Shown here one piece after another: positions 28,970 through 39,192 of a stretch of 64,000 nt of DNA; within the stretch, counting starts at the first letter, position 1; each line of letters begins with the position of its first letter. The DNA is from Candidatus Kaiserbacteria bacterium (GTDB taxonomy: Bacteria; Patescibacteriota; Minisyncoccia; Phycocordibacterales; UBA918), in NCBI GenBank assembly GCA_019634005.1, contig JAHQWD010000003.1, positions 240,539 through 304,538 on the forward strand, read 5' to 3'. Under the pieces are notes generated by a model. It ran no database searches. It worked only from the letters and a program-made list of their open reading frames with translations, and had not been told where the DNA came from. The position numbers and the translations under genes are program-made.

Positions 28970-29868
28970 GCTGTTTCGCTTTTAATGAATATTCGTAATT
29001 TCGCGCTGCGTGCTCGTGGGTTGTGTCGTACTTCGTCTTCAGATGGTGCAATTGGTTTCTTGGTGCCCAGCTCCCCCACCCCTTCGTCCTTACAAGAACG
29101 GAATGTCTTCTTCACAATCCGATCTTCAAGACTGTTGAAGGTGATGATGGCGAGTCGTCCGCCAGGCTTGAGACCTGCAAGAGACTTGTCAATAAACTCT
29201 TCAAGGATGCCAAGTTCGTCATTGACCGCAATACGGAGTGCTTGGAACGTCTTGGTTGCTGCATCGATCCGTCCGAAGCGATAGAAAGATGGAACCGCGC
29301 TTCGTACAATCTCTGCAAGCTGTCCTGAGGTCTCTATAGGAGACTCTTCACGCTTCTCTACGACCGCGCGCGCAATACGACGCGCAAACTTCTCTTCTCC
29401 GTACCCTTTGATGACGTTTGCCACTGACTCGAGAGACCATTCGTTCACAATGTCTTTGGCAGTAAATGGATAGTCCTCAGGATTCCCGTAGGTCATAAGG
29501 AGCGGTTCATCTTTTAAGAATGAGAACCCCTTCTCTCCTGCAAGTCCTGCAAACTGTTCAATGCGCCATCCGAGGTCTGCAAGGATCGCGTCTACTTTGA
29601 GACCATCAAGTACCGTATCGATGTCTTTGAAGTTTGCGTTTACAAACTGTGTCTTTGTCTCGACACCTGCAAAAAGTTCCTCTGCAAGTCGTACCGCCTC
29701 TTTATCAGCATCAAGGGCAATGAGCATTCCCTTCTTTCCCAAATGAGAAAGAATCTCTGCGCTATGCCCTCCAGCTCCCAGCGTGGCATCCACCACAAAG
29801 GAATCTTCATGCAGATTCAGTGCAGACACTGCTTCATCTTTCAATACGGTAATGTGCCTGGTCTCCAT
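28966..29868 (-). CDS. rsmH: 16S rRNA (cytosine1402-N4)-methyltransferase RsmH
   Basis: VDATLGAGGHS SAM-binding motif; position downstream of mraZ. Confidence 0.95.
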   Translation of the reverse strand: METRHITVLKDEAVSALNLHEDSFVVDATLGAGGHSAEILSHLGKKGMLIALDADKEAVRLAEELFAGVETKTQFVNANFKDIDTVLDGLKVDAILADLGWRIEQFAGLAGEKGFSFLKDEPLLMTYGNPEDYPFTAKDIVNEWSLESVANVIKGYGEEKFARRIARAVVEKREESPIETSGQLAEIVRSAVPSFYRFGRIDAATKTFQALRIAVNDELGILEEFIDKSLAGLKPGGRLAIITFNSLEDRIVKKTFRSCKDEGVGELGTKKPIAPSEDEVRHNPRARSAKLRIFIKSETA

Positions 29869-29874
29869 ATGTTT

Positions 29875-30309
29875 TTAAAGAACACCAACTTCTCCGAGTT
29901 TTTCAGCCAAGGCATCCGCCTGACCCTCGATACGTTTCTTGTAATCAGACCATTTATCTTCATCCCAGATTTCGACACGATCATGGATTCCTGCCAGCAC
30001 GACTTTGTCATTGAGCTGTGCAAAGTCTTTGAGGAAATCTGGTACGAGGATACGGCCTACACTGTCTACGCTTACTTCAACCGCTCCTGAAAGGAAAAAT
30101 CGATTGAATCCACGTGTATCCGCCTGTCCGAGTGGGAGTTGTCCGATCTTCTCGGTAATCTTTTGCCACTCTTTTTGCGGATAAATGAAAAGACAGTTAT
30201 CGAGACCACGTGTTATGACAAGTTTCTTTCCGAGTTCCTTTCGCCACTTACTTGGAAGCGACAATCGTTTCTTTGGATCGATACTGTGTGTGTACTCGCC
30301 TATCAGCAT
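29875..30309 (-). CDS. mraZ: transcriptional regulator MraZ
   Basis: two DxxxR-type repeats (SIDPKKRLSLP and SVDSVGRILVP); 144 aa. Confidence 0.9.
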   Translation of the reverse strand: MLIGEYTHSIDPKKRLSLPSKWRKELGKKLVITRGLDNCLFIYPQKEWQKITEKIGQLPLGQADTRGFNRFFLSGAVEVSVDSVGRILVPDFLKDFAQLNDKVVLAGIHDRVEIWDEDKWSDYKKRIEGQADALAEKLGEVGVL

Positions 30310-30372
30310 TACTCTCGATTATACCACTATCTCCCACCACTTGACCATTCTATACCACTTCACCCCACCATA
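30310..30372 (-). promoter_or_regulatory. mraZ promoter with GTGGT direct repeats (putative MraZ boxes)
   Basis: minus strand reads GTGGT-N13-GTGGT-N8-GTGGTATAAT, then 8 nt, then the mraZ ATG; extended -10 TGGTATAAT. Confidence 0.45.
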
Positions 30373-30393
30373 TGCCACAGTTATACACATATA

Positions 30394-30421
30394 GAAAAAC
30401 CGTCGGGGTTGAACCCGACGG
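30394..30421 (-). terminator. rho-independent terminator upstream of the mraZ promoter
   Basis: ccgtcggg-gttgaa-cccgacgg hairpin with a T-run on the minus strand. Confidence 0.5.
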
Positions 30422-30461
30422 TGATCAACGATTCTTCAGTTAGTGAGGAGCTGGCCCCCGT

Positions 30462-30725
30462 CTACTCCTGACGAGGATCTCGCGAGACCTGGCTTCGCTG
30501 TATGATCAGGACGAAACAGATCATGACGACGAAGGCGAAGACTGCAGCAGACAGTGAGATTGTAGCAACCACAATCGAATCTCCTTCCGTGAGACGCTGA
30601 AAGGGTCCTATACTGAAATAGGACCAAATCCCGATCATCAGCGACAAAAGAAATACGCAAAGAGCACTGCTTGCTCCAAAGATAAGAGCGATCATGTTTC
30701 TTCTCCAAAGATCAACCCCTCCCAT
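30462..30725 (-). CDS. small hypothetical membrane protein
   Basis: 87 aa, two predicted TM helices. Confidence 0.35.
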   Translation of the reverse strand: MGGVDLWRRNMIALIFGASSALCVFLLSLMIGIWSYFSIGPFQRLTEGDSIVVATISLSAAVFAFVVMICFVLIIQRSQVSRDPRQE

Positions 30726-30763
30726 AGGGGTTTCTTGTAAGGAAATCTATAATTAAAATCAGG

Positions 30764-32347
30764 TCAAGTCAAGAGTCGCAACCGCTCCGTCACAAACTCC
30801 TTCTCTAGCGTGCTGAGGAACCATCCAACCTTCGGTCCACTCTCCTTTCCTAGGAATACAACATAAATAGCAGAGAAAAACTCTTTTGGAGATAGTCCCG
30901 TCGCTTCTTTCACCTCGTGAATCTTCTCGTGAAGTGTCTGCCCATCAAATACGTCCATACCCTCAACAGCGTCTGCAAGAAGAGATAATGCCTTCTTCTG
31001 TTCTTCAGGTAAGTCTGCAGTTTCTTTTGGAAGTTCTTTTTGGAGCTCAAAAATAAACTTCTCGTCAGCATAGTTGTCCAACCACATGCGTGCATACTTC
31101 GCGCGAAGCGCGATCTCTTCCTTGTCCTCTGAAGTAAGATCCTCCCCCTTCATTTCTCGTACCTCCTCTTCGATATCCATATGTGGCATCTGCACAAAAA
31201 ACGCAATCTGAGAGAAGCGTGGAAGGAATCTCTTTGGGATATTCTCACGCTCTGATGGTAAGTGAGAATACAAGAACACTTGGGTGTCGTCATCCTCTAC
31301 TCCACTCCAATATTTCTCCGCAAGACGATCAAAGGTATCAAAAAGTACAGGGATCGCATCTCCTTCAGGATCGAAACTAATCTGTCGGTTGATTGGTGTT
31401 TTCAAAAGCAGAAGCCTCAGTACATGCACTGGAAGAAGTTCTGCCATCGCTTTTGCAGTCGCTGCATTCCCCTTCGATGAAGACATTTTCTTTCCTCCAA
31501 CGAGGAAGAACTCATTAAAGACACCGCATGGTGGCTCATGTTCTAACACTTCACGTGTGATTGCTTCTGCAACCTGACGTGCCCCACCTTTAGAATAATG
31601 ATCCTTTCCACCCCCCTCAAAGTCCACATCCATTGCTACAAACTTTGCAGCCCAGTCTAACTTCCATGGGAGCTTCCCGTTTCCATCAAAGGGAGAGATC
31701 CGTCCTTCGTGACCACACCCCTCTGCCCACTCCTGTACATTAGACGAACAGGTATATGCCACCGTCTCTCCATCCCAGTCTGTCACTTTCGTAGATGAAA
31801 GCTTCCCGCACTTCTCACACACAACATTAATCGGATACCAATCTTCTGCCTTCTCACTCTTCGACACCTCCATGTAGATACGACGAATCACATCACGGTT
31901 ATCCAACACCTTCCGAATGGACCCATTCATCTTCCCAGACTTGTAGAGCTCACTTGCCCGATATACTTCTGCACCAAAACCGATCTTCTCAAGCACCTCT
32001 ACATACTCCTGTCCGTAGTACTCTGCAAAGTTATCAAATCCTTCTACAGGAGATGGGATCATATTAAGGGGCATACCCATATACTTCTCATACTCTTTCT
32101 CATCCAAATACTTTGGAATACCATCCATCGGATCAAAGTCATTGATCTCAAAAAAGAAGTCGGTCTTGATACCACGCATGCGGAGCACATCTGCAACAAT
32201 GGCATGGAGTGCCGCACTCCGGAGCGACCCGACATGCACATGACCAGACGCGGTCTTTTCATCGCGTACCACCAAAGACTCTCCTTTTTCTATCTTGTCG
32301 CTGTATTTTCGTACAACATCATCGGTAACTTTCTCTGCCCAAAACAT
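30764..32347 (-). CDS. lysK: lysine--tRNA ligase, class I (LysK-type)
   Basis: SGHVHVGSLRS (HIGH-like) and KMSSSKGN (KMSKS); 527 aa, class I architecture. Confidence 0.8.
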   Translation of the reverse strand: MFWAEKVTDDVVRKYSDKIEKGESLVVRDEKTASGHVHVGSLRSAALHAIVADVLRMRGIKTDFFFEINDFDPMDGIPKYLDEKEYEKYMGMPLNMIPSPVEGFDNFAEYYGQEYVEVLEKIGFGAEVYRASELYKSGKMNGSIRKVLDNRDVIRRIYMEVSKSEKAEDWYPINVVCEKCGKLSSTKVTDWDGETVAYTCSSNVQEWAEGCGHEGRISPFDGNGKLPWKLDWAAKFVAMDVDFEGGGKDHYSKGGARQVAEAITREVLEHEPPCGVFNEFFLVGGKKMSSSKGNAATAKAMAELLPVHVLRLLLLKTPINRQISFDPEGDAIPVLFDTFDRLAEKYWSGVEDDDTQVFLYSHLPSERENIPKRFLPRFSQIAFFVQMPHMDIEEEVREMKGEDLTSEDKEEIALRAKYARMWLDNYADEKFIFELQKELPKETADLPEEQKKALSLLADAVEGMDVFDGQTLHEKIHEVKEATGLSPKEFFSAIYVVFLGKESGPKVGWFLSTLEKEFVTERLRLLT

Positions 32348-32409
32348 GTTGCTTAGAATAGCGTGGTATAGGGAAAAAGAAAAGACCTCGGTTTCCCGAG
32401 GTCTTTGCC

Positions 32410-32883
32410 TTACGCTACCTTCAACACCTTGTATGACTGCTTCCCTCCTGGAGTCTCAAAAGTGAACTCGTCTCCCTTTCCTTTCCCCATGAGTGCCTCT
32501 CCCAGTGGTGAGAGGTATGAAAGCTTGTGCTCGTGGATGTTTGCTTCTTCTGAACCAACAATCGTATACGTGTGATTCTCTTTCTCTTTACCTTTCTGAA
32601 TCGTTACCTCAGATCCAAGTCCAACGATGTCTCCCTTCTTTTTGTGTGCAACAATCTTCGCCTCCTTGATCACCTGCTCAAGGTGTCCAATACGCTCCTC
32701 AATGGCAGCCTGCATATCGCGTGCCTCTTGATACTCTGCGTTCTCAGAGAGATCTCCAAGCGAACGTGCATATTCGAGAGACTCTGCGACTTCCTTGCGA
32801 CGAACGGTTTTGAGGTGTTCGAGTTCTGTCTTCAATTCCTCAAACTTCTCGGGTGTAAGGAAAGATTCTTGTACATCGTTCAT
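32410..32883 (-). CDS. greA: transcription elongation factor GreA
   Basis: N-terminal coiled coil with GDLSENAEYQ, C-terminal FKBP-like domain; 157 aa. Confidence 0.9.
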   Translation of the reverse strand: MNDVQESFLTPEKFEELKTELEHLKTVRRKEVAESLEYARSLGDLSENAEYQEARDMQAAIEERIGHLEQVIKEAKIVAHKKKGDIVGLGSEVTIQKGKEKENHTYTIVGSEEANIHEHKLSYLSPLGEALMGKGKGDEFTFETPGGKQSYKVLKVA

Positions 32884-32959
32884 AAGATTCAGATGAGCGG
32901 TTTAATTAAATAGTGTGTAAATTATACGCACGAAACGTCCAGGGTCAAATGTGTATAAA

Positions 32960-34648
32960 CTACGAGGACACAAAATACTCTGTTCGGTGCTCTCCCATCC
33001 AATCAAAGACCCAGCTCATAATACGTCCTGCAGAGAGTGTATTTGCACGTGGGCCATGCTCCATAAAGAGAATAAAGGCATATTTCGGCTCTTCATACGG
33101 GAAATATCCTGCAATCCAGGAGTTCACAAACTCATTCGCGACACCCACTTCAGCCGTACCAGACTTTGCAGCAATAGCCACATCTTCCCGCTCCAGCGGT
33201 CGTGCAGTACCACCATCCTGCACTACCGTCTGCCGCATACCCTCACGCACAATCTGAAGTGCTTCCTCATCGATATCTATGCGCTCCTCCTCTCCCCTTG
33301 CACCAAGTACCACCTGCGGGGTCACGAGCGTTCCGCCATTGGCAATAGCAGCGTACGCTCGAAGCATTTGTATCGGTGTTGCCTGAAACCCAAATTGTCC
33401 AATAGACGTGAGGTACGTATCTCCAAGGCGCCAATCATCATCAAAGACGTCCATCTTCCATTCTGGACTCGGTACATTTCCACTCGCTTCTCCTTCAAGC
33501 GCAATACCTGTCTTCTCTCCAATTCCAAAGAGATGCATGTATTTATTAATCCGTGTAATACCAAGACCCTCCTGCTCTCCCTCTACCCCACCACCAATAG
33601 TGTAGAAGTATACGTTTGCAGAATATGCGATAGCAGTGCGTGCATCAGTCCACCCATGTGCTCGCCAGTCTCTAAAGATGGTTGGCTTGTCTGGATTGTA
33701 CGGGTTTGGTACCTCAAAGGCTCCATCAGAATATATCTCCTTATACGGAGAGATGATGCCTTCTGCAAGTGCGGCATAGGCTACGAATGGCTTTACAATA
33801 GATCCAGGAATATACGCACCGCCCGTTACCTTGTTCAAGAAGGGATAGCGCTCGTCGGTATTGAGTGCCTCGATAGCCTCAACATCGTCCCCGTCAGAGA
33901 GAATCTCTGGGTCATAAGATGGGAAGCTCGTCATTGCGATAATTTCCCCCGTCTCCACGTCCATAATGGCTCCCGCACCACTTCGAAAGCCCTGTTGTAT
34001 AGTCGAGGTCGCGATGAGATCAAACATGTGTTCTGAAAGCTCTGCGTCCAGAGAAAGCGTCAACTCTCCACCAGAACGAGGCCTATTGGTTGCACTCTCC
34101 GAGAGCACCTCCCCATGTGCAGTTAATTCCACAAGCCGCACTCCATTCTCTCCTTGTAGGAAATCATGAAAACTCTTCTCCACTCCTGTACGTCCCAGAT
34201 ACTCTGTACGGTAGTAGAATCCCGCACTATCCTTCTGCGGATAGCTCACGTAACCAATCAGCTGCCCCAGCCCACGCCTATCAGTGTACGCACGAATTGG
34301 GAAATCATACTGCCCTGTGTGATCCAACTCATTCCACGCCAAAAGTTCTCCATTCCGATCATAGACAATCCCACGCTCTGCCACAATGAGAGACTGTCGT
34401 AGCATGTTATTCGTACTCTGTGCTGCATACTCTTCTCCATTTACCACCTGCAACATAAAGAGTCGGACTAGAAAGACAGCGACAATAATCCCAAAGATAC
34501 TTCCGATAATAAATACACTGCGTTTCCCTATCGGTTTCTCCAGACGCCCCTCCATCTGATGCACATTAAAAGAAGAGAGATTGAGAAGATCAGGGATAAC
34601 CTCATCAAACCCAATCTCTGTATTTCTTTTTTTTCTTTTGAAAAACAT
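32960..34648 (-). CDS. mrdA: penicillin-binding protein 2 (elongasome transpeptidase)
   Basis: N-terminal TM, transpeptidase motifs SIVKP, SAN-like and KSGTA; adjacent to mreBCD. Confidence 0.85.
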   Translation of the reverse strand: MFFKRKKRNTEIGFDEVIPDLLNLSSFNVHQMEGRLEKPIGKRSVFIIGSIFGIIVAVFLVRLFMLQVVNGEEYAAQSTNNMLRQSLIVAERGIVYDRNGELLAWNELDHTGQYDFPIRAYTDRRGLGQLIGYVSYPQKDSAGFYYRTEYLGRTGVEKSFHDFLQGENGVRLVELTAHGEVLSESATNRPRSGGELTLSLDAELSEHMFDLIATSTIQQGFRSGAGAIMDVETGEIIAMTSFPSYDPEILSDGDDVEAIEALNTDERYPFLNKVTGGAYIPGSIVKPFVAYAALAEGIISPYKEIYSDGAFEVPNPYNPDKPTIFRDWRAHGWTDARTAIAYSANVYFYTIGGGVEGEQEGLGITRINKYMHLFGIGEKTGIALEGEASGNVPSPEWKMDVFDDDWRLGDTYLTSIGQFGFQATPIQMLRAYAAIANGGTLVTPQVVLGARGEEERIDIDEEALQIVREGMRQTVVQDGGTARPLEREDVAIAAKSGTAEVGVANEFVNSWIAGYFPYEEPKYAFILFMEHGPRANTLSAGRIMSWVFDWMGEHRTEYFVSS

Positions 34649-34649
34649 A

Positions 34650-34907
34650 CTAGAAGCGAAGATTTGGTTTGAGAATGCTCATGAGGATAAAGAGTATGGT
34701 AAATGTGACCGTATAAAAAGCACCACCAATCAGTCCTCCAGAACCGAAGTGCACGTCAATGAGTATCGCTATAACAAAAAGTTCATACCCCGTAAAATGC
34801 CAAAGATAGACGGCACTTGCACAGAGGAAAAACCACCACGGAGAGAAGAGTGCTGCGAGAAAAAGGGCTAGGAAGTAGACGATACGCATACCTTCACAGT
34901 GTATCAA
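34650..34907 (-). CDS. small membrane protein, possible MreD-like
   Basis: 85 aa, 3 hydrophobic helices, located between mreC and PBP2. Confidence 0.35.
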   Translation of the reverse strand: MIHCEGMRIVYFLALFLAALFSPWWFFLCASAVYLWHFTGYELFVIAILIDVHFGSGGLIGGAFYTVTFTILFILMSILKPNLRF

Positions 34908-35818
34908 ATTCCATCCACTGTTGTCGTCGCCACTTCAATAATGACCTCCTCTGGCACTGGCACAGTAAGTAGTCGTCGCTCTTCTGCCTCAATATTCAAA
35001 AGTGCCTCTTCAAAGGAGACTGACGTTGTCACCTCACGAGACACTGCAAGTACACGAAGGGACTGGAGTGACACCTCCCCAACGATATAGCCATGCTGTT
35101 CTGGCTCGGTAATAACCCGATCCACCGTTGTGATCGTGCCTAACACTCCTGTTTCAAGTGACGGAAGGATCACTATATCTTCTTCAGAAAGTGCTATATC
35201 CTGGGGAACACTCACCCGAACCGTCCCATCCCCCACACCGTATGCAGTGGTGAAAATATCTGGACCGAGAATATACACGGTTGTTTCTACATCTGGTGTT
35301 GAGAAGAGTGTCACAAGCGCACTCCGCTCAAACACTTTGCTCACGAGACCAACCGCACGATCCCCATAGTGATACACCACTGCACCCTCTTTGATGCCAT
35401 CACGAGAACCAGCATCAATAAGGAGTGCGTCATATGGCATGTACGGGGGTTGTGCGATCACCGAGACCGCAATGCGATCTTCTTCCTCTGAACGTCCCAG
35501 TACCCCGCGAAGTTCTTCGTTCTCATTTCGTAGTCGTATAAGTTCTTCAGACTCCACCCCACGCTCTCGGAGTTCTCCCTCAAGTGAAATGATCTGCTCA
35601 CGGAGTGTCTCTCTATCTGAGAAATACGTCGAATCTGAGAGTGTATTCTCTGCTATATACAACGGACGGAGTATCGTAGAAATAGTTGCACCAATAAGTC
35701 CTCGTCCAAAGTAGATAACGAGAAGTGCAATAACAGCAATGAGGATAGTCTTCCCAACCTTAGAGTTGCGGTGATAACTCCCCTTCTTTTTCGACAAGAA
35801 GCTCTGCATATTCATCAA
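34904..35818 (-). CDS. mreC: rod shape-determining protein MreC
   Basis: N-terminal TM, coiled coil (LEGELRERGVESEELIRLRNENEELRG), beta-rich C-terminal domains. Confidence 0.8.
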   Translation of the reverse strand: MMNMQSFLSKKKGSYHRNSKVGKTILIAVIALLVIYFGRGLIGATISTILRPLYIAENTLSDSTYFSDRETLREQIISLEGELRERGVESEELIRLRNENEELRGVLGRSEEEDRIAVSVIAQPPYMPYDALLIDAGSRDGIKEGAVVYHYGDRAVGLVSKVFERSALVTLFSTPDVETTVYILGPDIFTTAYGVGDGTVRVSVPQDIALSEEDIVILPSLETGVLGTITTVDRVITEPEQHGYIVGEVSLQSLRVLAVSREVTTSVSFEEALLNIEAEERRLLTVPVPEEVIIEVATTTVDGI

Positions 35819-36833
35819 GATTCTCTAATACAATACCATTTCCACGGATAACGGCACGAAGTGGATCAGACACGACAATGACGGGTACCTTCAGTACCTC
35901 CTCTAAAAGATCTGATACACCAGTGATGAGCGCTCCTCCTCCAGAGAGATAGAGTCCTCGCTGCATCACGTCAGCAAGAATCTCAGGTGGCGTGATCTCA
36001 AGTACATCTCGTGCCGCTTCTACAATCGAGTGGATGCACGGCGTGATTGCCTCCCGAATATCTGCGGTAGTAATTACTACCTCTCGCGGAAGTCCTGTTA
36101 CCACATCTCGTCCTCGTACCACCAATTCTTTTGCCTCGCCTTCATCCTCAACAGACGCAAGAAGTACCTTGGTCTCCTCTGCAGTCTTGTTTCCGACCAA
36201 CACCTTAAACTGGTCTCGAATGTAACTGACAATCGCCTGATTTAGGTGATCTCCTGCAACCCGAATATTCTGTGACGCCACGATACCGTTAATTGAAAGC
36301 ACCGCAATGTCAGTGGTACCGCCACCAATGTCGATCACCATACTTCCCTGTGCCTTATGTACAGGAAGCTTTGCACCAATTGCAGCAGCTACTGGCTCTT
36401 CGATCAGAAATACTTCACGTGCACCCGCGTTCTTTGCCGCATCACGTACCGCACGCATCTCTACGTTGGTGATCCCGCTCGGTACCCCGACAAGCACTCT
36501 CGGTGCGACAACGGCACGTGTTCCTTCACGTACCTTTGATATGAAATACGAGAGCATCTCCTCAGTCACCTCAAAGTCTGAGATCACTCCATCGACAAGC
36601 GGGCGCACTACCTCAATATGCTGTGGTGTACGACCGTACATCTCCTGTGCATCCTGCCCCACTGCAACAAGCTGCCCTGTCTTTTTATTAAGCGCCACAA
36701 TCGTTGGCTCATTTAAAACAACCCCCTTCCCTTTGATGTATACCAGTGTATTTGCCGTACCAAGATCAATACCAATGTCTACCGACAGTGCATTCAGAAT
36801 GTTCTCGAACTTTTTTACCAAACTCTTAATCAT
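35760..36833 (-). CDS. mreB: rod shape-determining protein MreB
   Basis: DIGIDLGTANTLVY phosphate-1, DIGGGTTD phosphate-2, actin fold; 357 aa. Confidence 0.95.
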   Translation of the reverse strand: MIKSLVKKFENILNALSVDIGIDLGTANTLVYIKGKGVVLNEPTIVALNKKTGQLVAVGQDAQEMYGRTPQHIEVVRPLVDGVISDFEVTEEMLSYFISKVREGTRAVVAPRVLVGVPSGITNVEMRAVRDAAKNAGAREVFLIEEPVAAAIGAKLPVHKAQGSMVIDIGGGTTDIAVLSINGIVASQNIRVAGDHLNQAIVSYIRDQFKVLVGNKTAEETKVLLASVEDEGEAKELVVRGRDVVTGLPREVVITTADIREAITPCIHSIVEAARDVLEITPPEILADVMQRGLYLSGGGALITGVSDLLEEVLKVPVIVVSDPLRAVIRGNGIVLENLDEYAELLVEKEGELSPQL

Positions 36834-38097
36834 CGTCTTCTTCGTTAGTTACAAAGTCTTGGAGTAATTCTTCCTCAGACAGCATACGTGTCTCTCCCGT
36901 CACACGGGTTACCACCTCAAATTGCCCCTCCTCTTTTGTACGACGACTCACCACCACACGATATGGCATACCAAGAAGATCACTCTCTGCAAACTTCTCT
37001 CCTGGACGAAGATCACGGTCGTCGTAAAGCACTTCAACACCACGTGCGGTCAGTGCACTATAGATTCCATTGGTATAATCCTTGATCTCCTCATCCTCGC
37101 CATTGAGTCCTACAAGATGTACTTGGAATGGTGCAATACTTTCTGGCCAGACCAGCCCTTTCTCGTCAGAGAAAAGTTCGGTCACCACACCCATAATACG
37201 TGCAGGCCCAATACCGTATGAACCCATCACCACAGGAACACTCTCTCCCGCTTCATTCTTGAAGGTCAGTCCAAGTGGTTCCGAGAATCTTGTCCCTAAT
37301 GAAAAGATGTTCCCCACCTCAGACGCCTCTACTTTTTCGAGCTCATCTTCCGATACTCCGAGATCTTTAAGCACCTCTGGTGTATAGACCTCTTCATTAA
37401 TCGCGATCCCTTTTTCTTTAGATACGTAGATAGTGTCTTCTCCTGCATCTACGATGGTCTGGAACTCATGACTATATTTAGAAAAGACACCTCCTGATGC
37501 AAATGTTTTAAAAGTTTTATCTCCAATACCAATACGATCAAAGATATTCTTGTATGCCTCCGCCATCCGCTCATAGAGTGCTGTGTGCTCCTCCTCATCC
37601 TTTGCAAACGTGTAGAGATCTTTCATCACAAACTCTCGCGTACGCATGATGCCACTCTTGGCACGTGTCTCATTTCGAAACTTCTTTTGGAAGTGATATA
37701 CCTGCCGAGGAAGATCCTTGTGTGAAGAGATGTGATCCTTCATCATCCGCGCCATCGGTTCTTCGTGAGTGAAACCAAGTCCGAGCTCCGTTCCATTCTG
37801 AAGTCTGGTCTTGAACCACACATCTACCTTTTCATCATTCCACCGATCCGTTTCCTTCCATAATTCTGGATCCTGAAGTGCAGAAAGAGAGACTTCCTCA
37901 CCTCCAGCTACATTCATCTCTTCGCGCACAATGTTCTTAATGTTCTCAAAGACAATTCGTCCGAGTGGAAGTAGGGAGTACACTCCCGCTATTTCTTTAT
38001 GAATATACCCCGCACGAATGAGAAGTTGTGCGTTTTTAGACACCTCATCGGATGGTGCCTCTTTTCGTGTTTTAGTAAAAAGTTGAGACTGTTGCAT
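36826..38097 (-). CDS. proS: proline--tRNA ligase (short, archaeal/eukaryotic-like class II)
   Basis: class II motifs, FRNETRAKSGIMRTREF motif 2; 423 aa. Confidence 0.9.
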   Translation of the reverse strand: MQQSQLFTKTRKEAPSDEVSKNAQLLIRAGYIHKEIAGVYSLLPLGRIVFENIKNIVREEMNVAGGEEVSLSALQDPELWKETDRWNDEKVDVWFKTRLQNGTELGLGFTHEEPMARMMKDHISSHKDLPRQVYHFQKKFRNETRAKSGIMRTREFVMKDLYTFAKDEEEHTALYERMAEAYKNIFDRIGIGDKTFKTFASGGVFSKYSHEFQTIVDAGEDTIYVSKEKGIAINEEVYTPEVLKDLGVSEDELEKVEASEVGNIFSLGTRFSEPLGLTFKNEAGESVPVVMGSYGIGPARIMGVVTELFSDEKGLVWPESIAPFQVHLVGLNGEDEEIKDYTNGIYSALTARGVEVLYDDRDLRPGEKFAESDLLGMPYRVVVSRRTKEEGQFEVVTRVTGETRMLSEEELLQDFVTNEEDDD

Positions 38098-38121
38098 AGA
38101 GTTTTTCTATTCTATCTCCTT

Positions 38122-39189
38122 TTAGATGATTCTCAAAATATCATTATACGTCACCGCAATCATCAGAATAATGAGGAGTGCGAACCCTGCGGTGTTCAGG
38201 ATGCCCACCCACTGCGGCGGGATCGGCTTTTGCTTCACTGCCTCAATTGCAACAAAGAGGAGACGTCCTCCATCCAGTGCAGGAACGGGGATGAGATTGA
38301 TCACCGCAAGGTTCAGTGAGATAAACGCAACAAACATCAAGAGTGGCGCAAGACCAAATGACGACACCTCTCCAACGAGACCAACAATGCCGATCGGTCC
38401 TGCTACGTTTGTCAGATCTGCCTCAAGCTGTACCGCTTCCACAATCAACGTGGCAATACCAACGGTAATGTTTCCAAGCGCAACAAAGGTCATCTTTCCT
38501 CCTTCGTACAGCGCCAGATGTATCGGGAGTCGTACGGTATCAATAAGCGCAAGACCGACACCAATTGCCTGCCTATCCTCTCCAGAAATTAGTCCGTCTG
38601 CTGCAGTAATGTCCACGGTCTCCACTTCTCCGTTCACTACATACGTTACCGTAAGTGCTTCTCCATGTGTCTCGGTAAACGCACGGAATCCTTCTGGTGT
38701 AAGTGTCGCTTCTTCATCTCCCGAAGAAACTGCGAGCACCTCAACACCGTGTGCGATGCCCGCCTCAGCCGCTGGACTTCCTTCGAGCACTTCGGTGATC
38801 ACCAGACGAGAAGTCTCCGTTTGTACATCAGCCACCGTCTGATTCCCCATCATCAGCACAATACTGAAGAGCACCCAGGCAAGCACCACATTCATCACAA
38901 CACCCGCAACTAATACCAATGCCTGCGCCCACCGCGGACGTGACGTAAAGGCACGCGGATCTCCTTCCGCAGCCTCACTGTCCTCTCCAAAGATCTTCAC
39001 AAAGCCACCAATCGGAAGCAGGTTGAATGTGTACTCTGTCTCCCCTTTGCGCATCCCAAAGAGTTTTGGAGGAAACCCAAACCCAAACTCATCAACACGC
39101 ATGCCGACTTTCTTAGCGGTAATGAAGTGTCCCCACTCATGCACCAGCACAACCACGAGAAGAACAAGAATGAAGAGGAGTATATTCAT
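38122..39189 (-). CDS. rseP: RIP metalloprotease RseP (site-2 protease)
   Basis: HEWGHF HExxH in TM1, PDZ domain, LDGG motif; 355 aa. Confidence 0.85.
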   Translation of the reverse strand: MNILLFILVLLVVVLVHEWGHFITAKKVGMRVDEFGFGFPPKLFGMRKGETEYTFNLLPIGGFVKIFGEDSEAAEGDPRAFTSRPRWAQALVLVAGVVMNVVLAWVLFSIVLMMGNQTVADVQTETSRLVITEVLEGSPAAEAGIAHGVEVLAVSSGDEEATLTPEGFRAFTETHGEALTVTYVVNGEVETVDITAADGLISGEDRQAIGVGLALIDTVRLPIHLALYEGGKMTFVALGNITVGIATLIVEAVQLEADLTNVAGPIGIVGLVGEVSSFGLAPLLMFVAFISLNLAVINLIPVPALDGGRLLFVAIEAVKQKPIPPQWVGILNTAGFALLIILMIAVTYNDILRII

Positions 39190-39192
39190 AGA

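Noticed and set aside
32951-34036. 361-aa plus-strand ORF antisense to PBP2 (mrdA)
   Set aside because: Shadow ORF with Cys/Arg/Ser-rich composition and no motifs. The opposite strand carries complete transpeptidase motifs.
38126-38842. 238-aa plus-strand ORF antisense to rseP
   Set aside because: Shadow ORF. rseP on the minus strand has HExxH, PDZ and LDG motifs.
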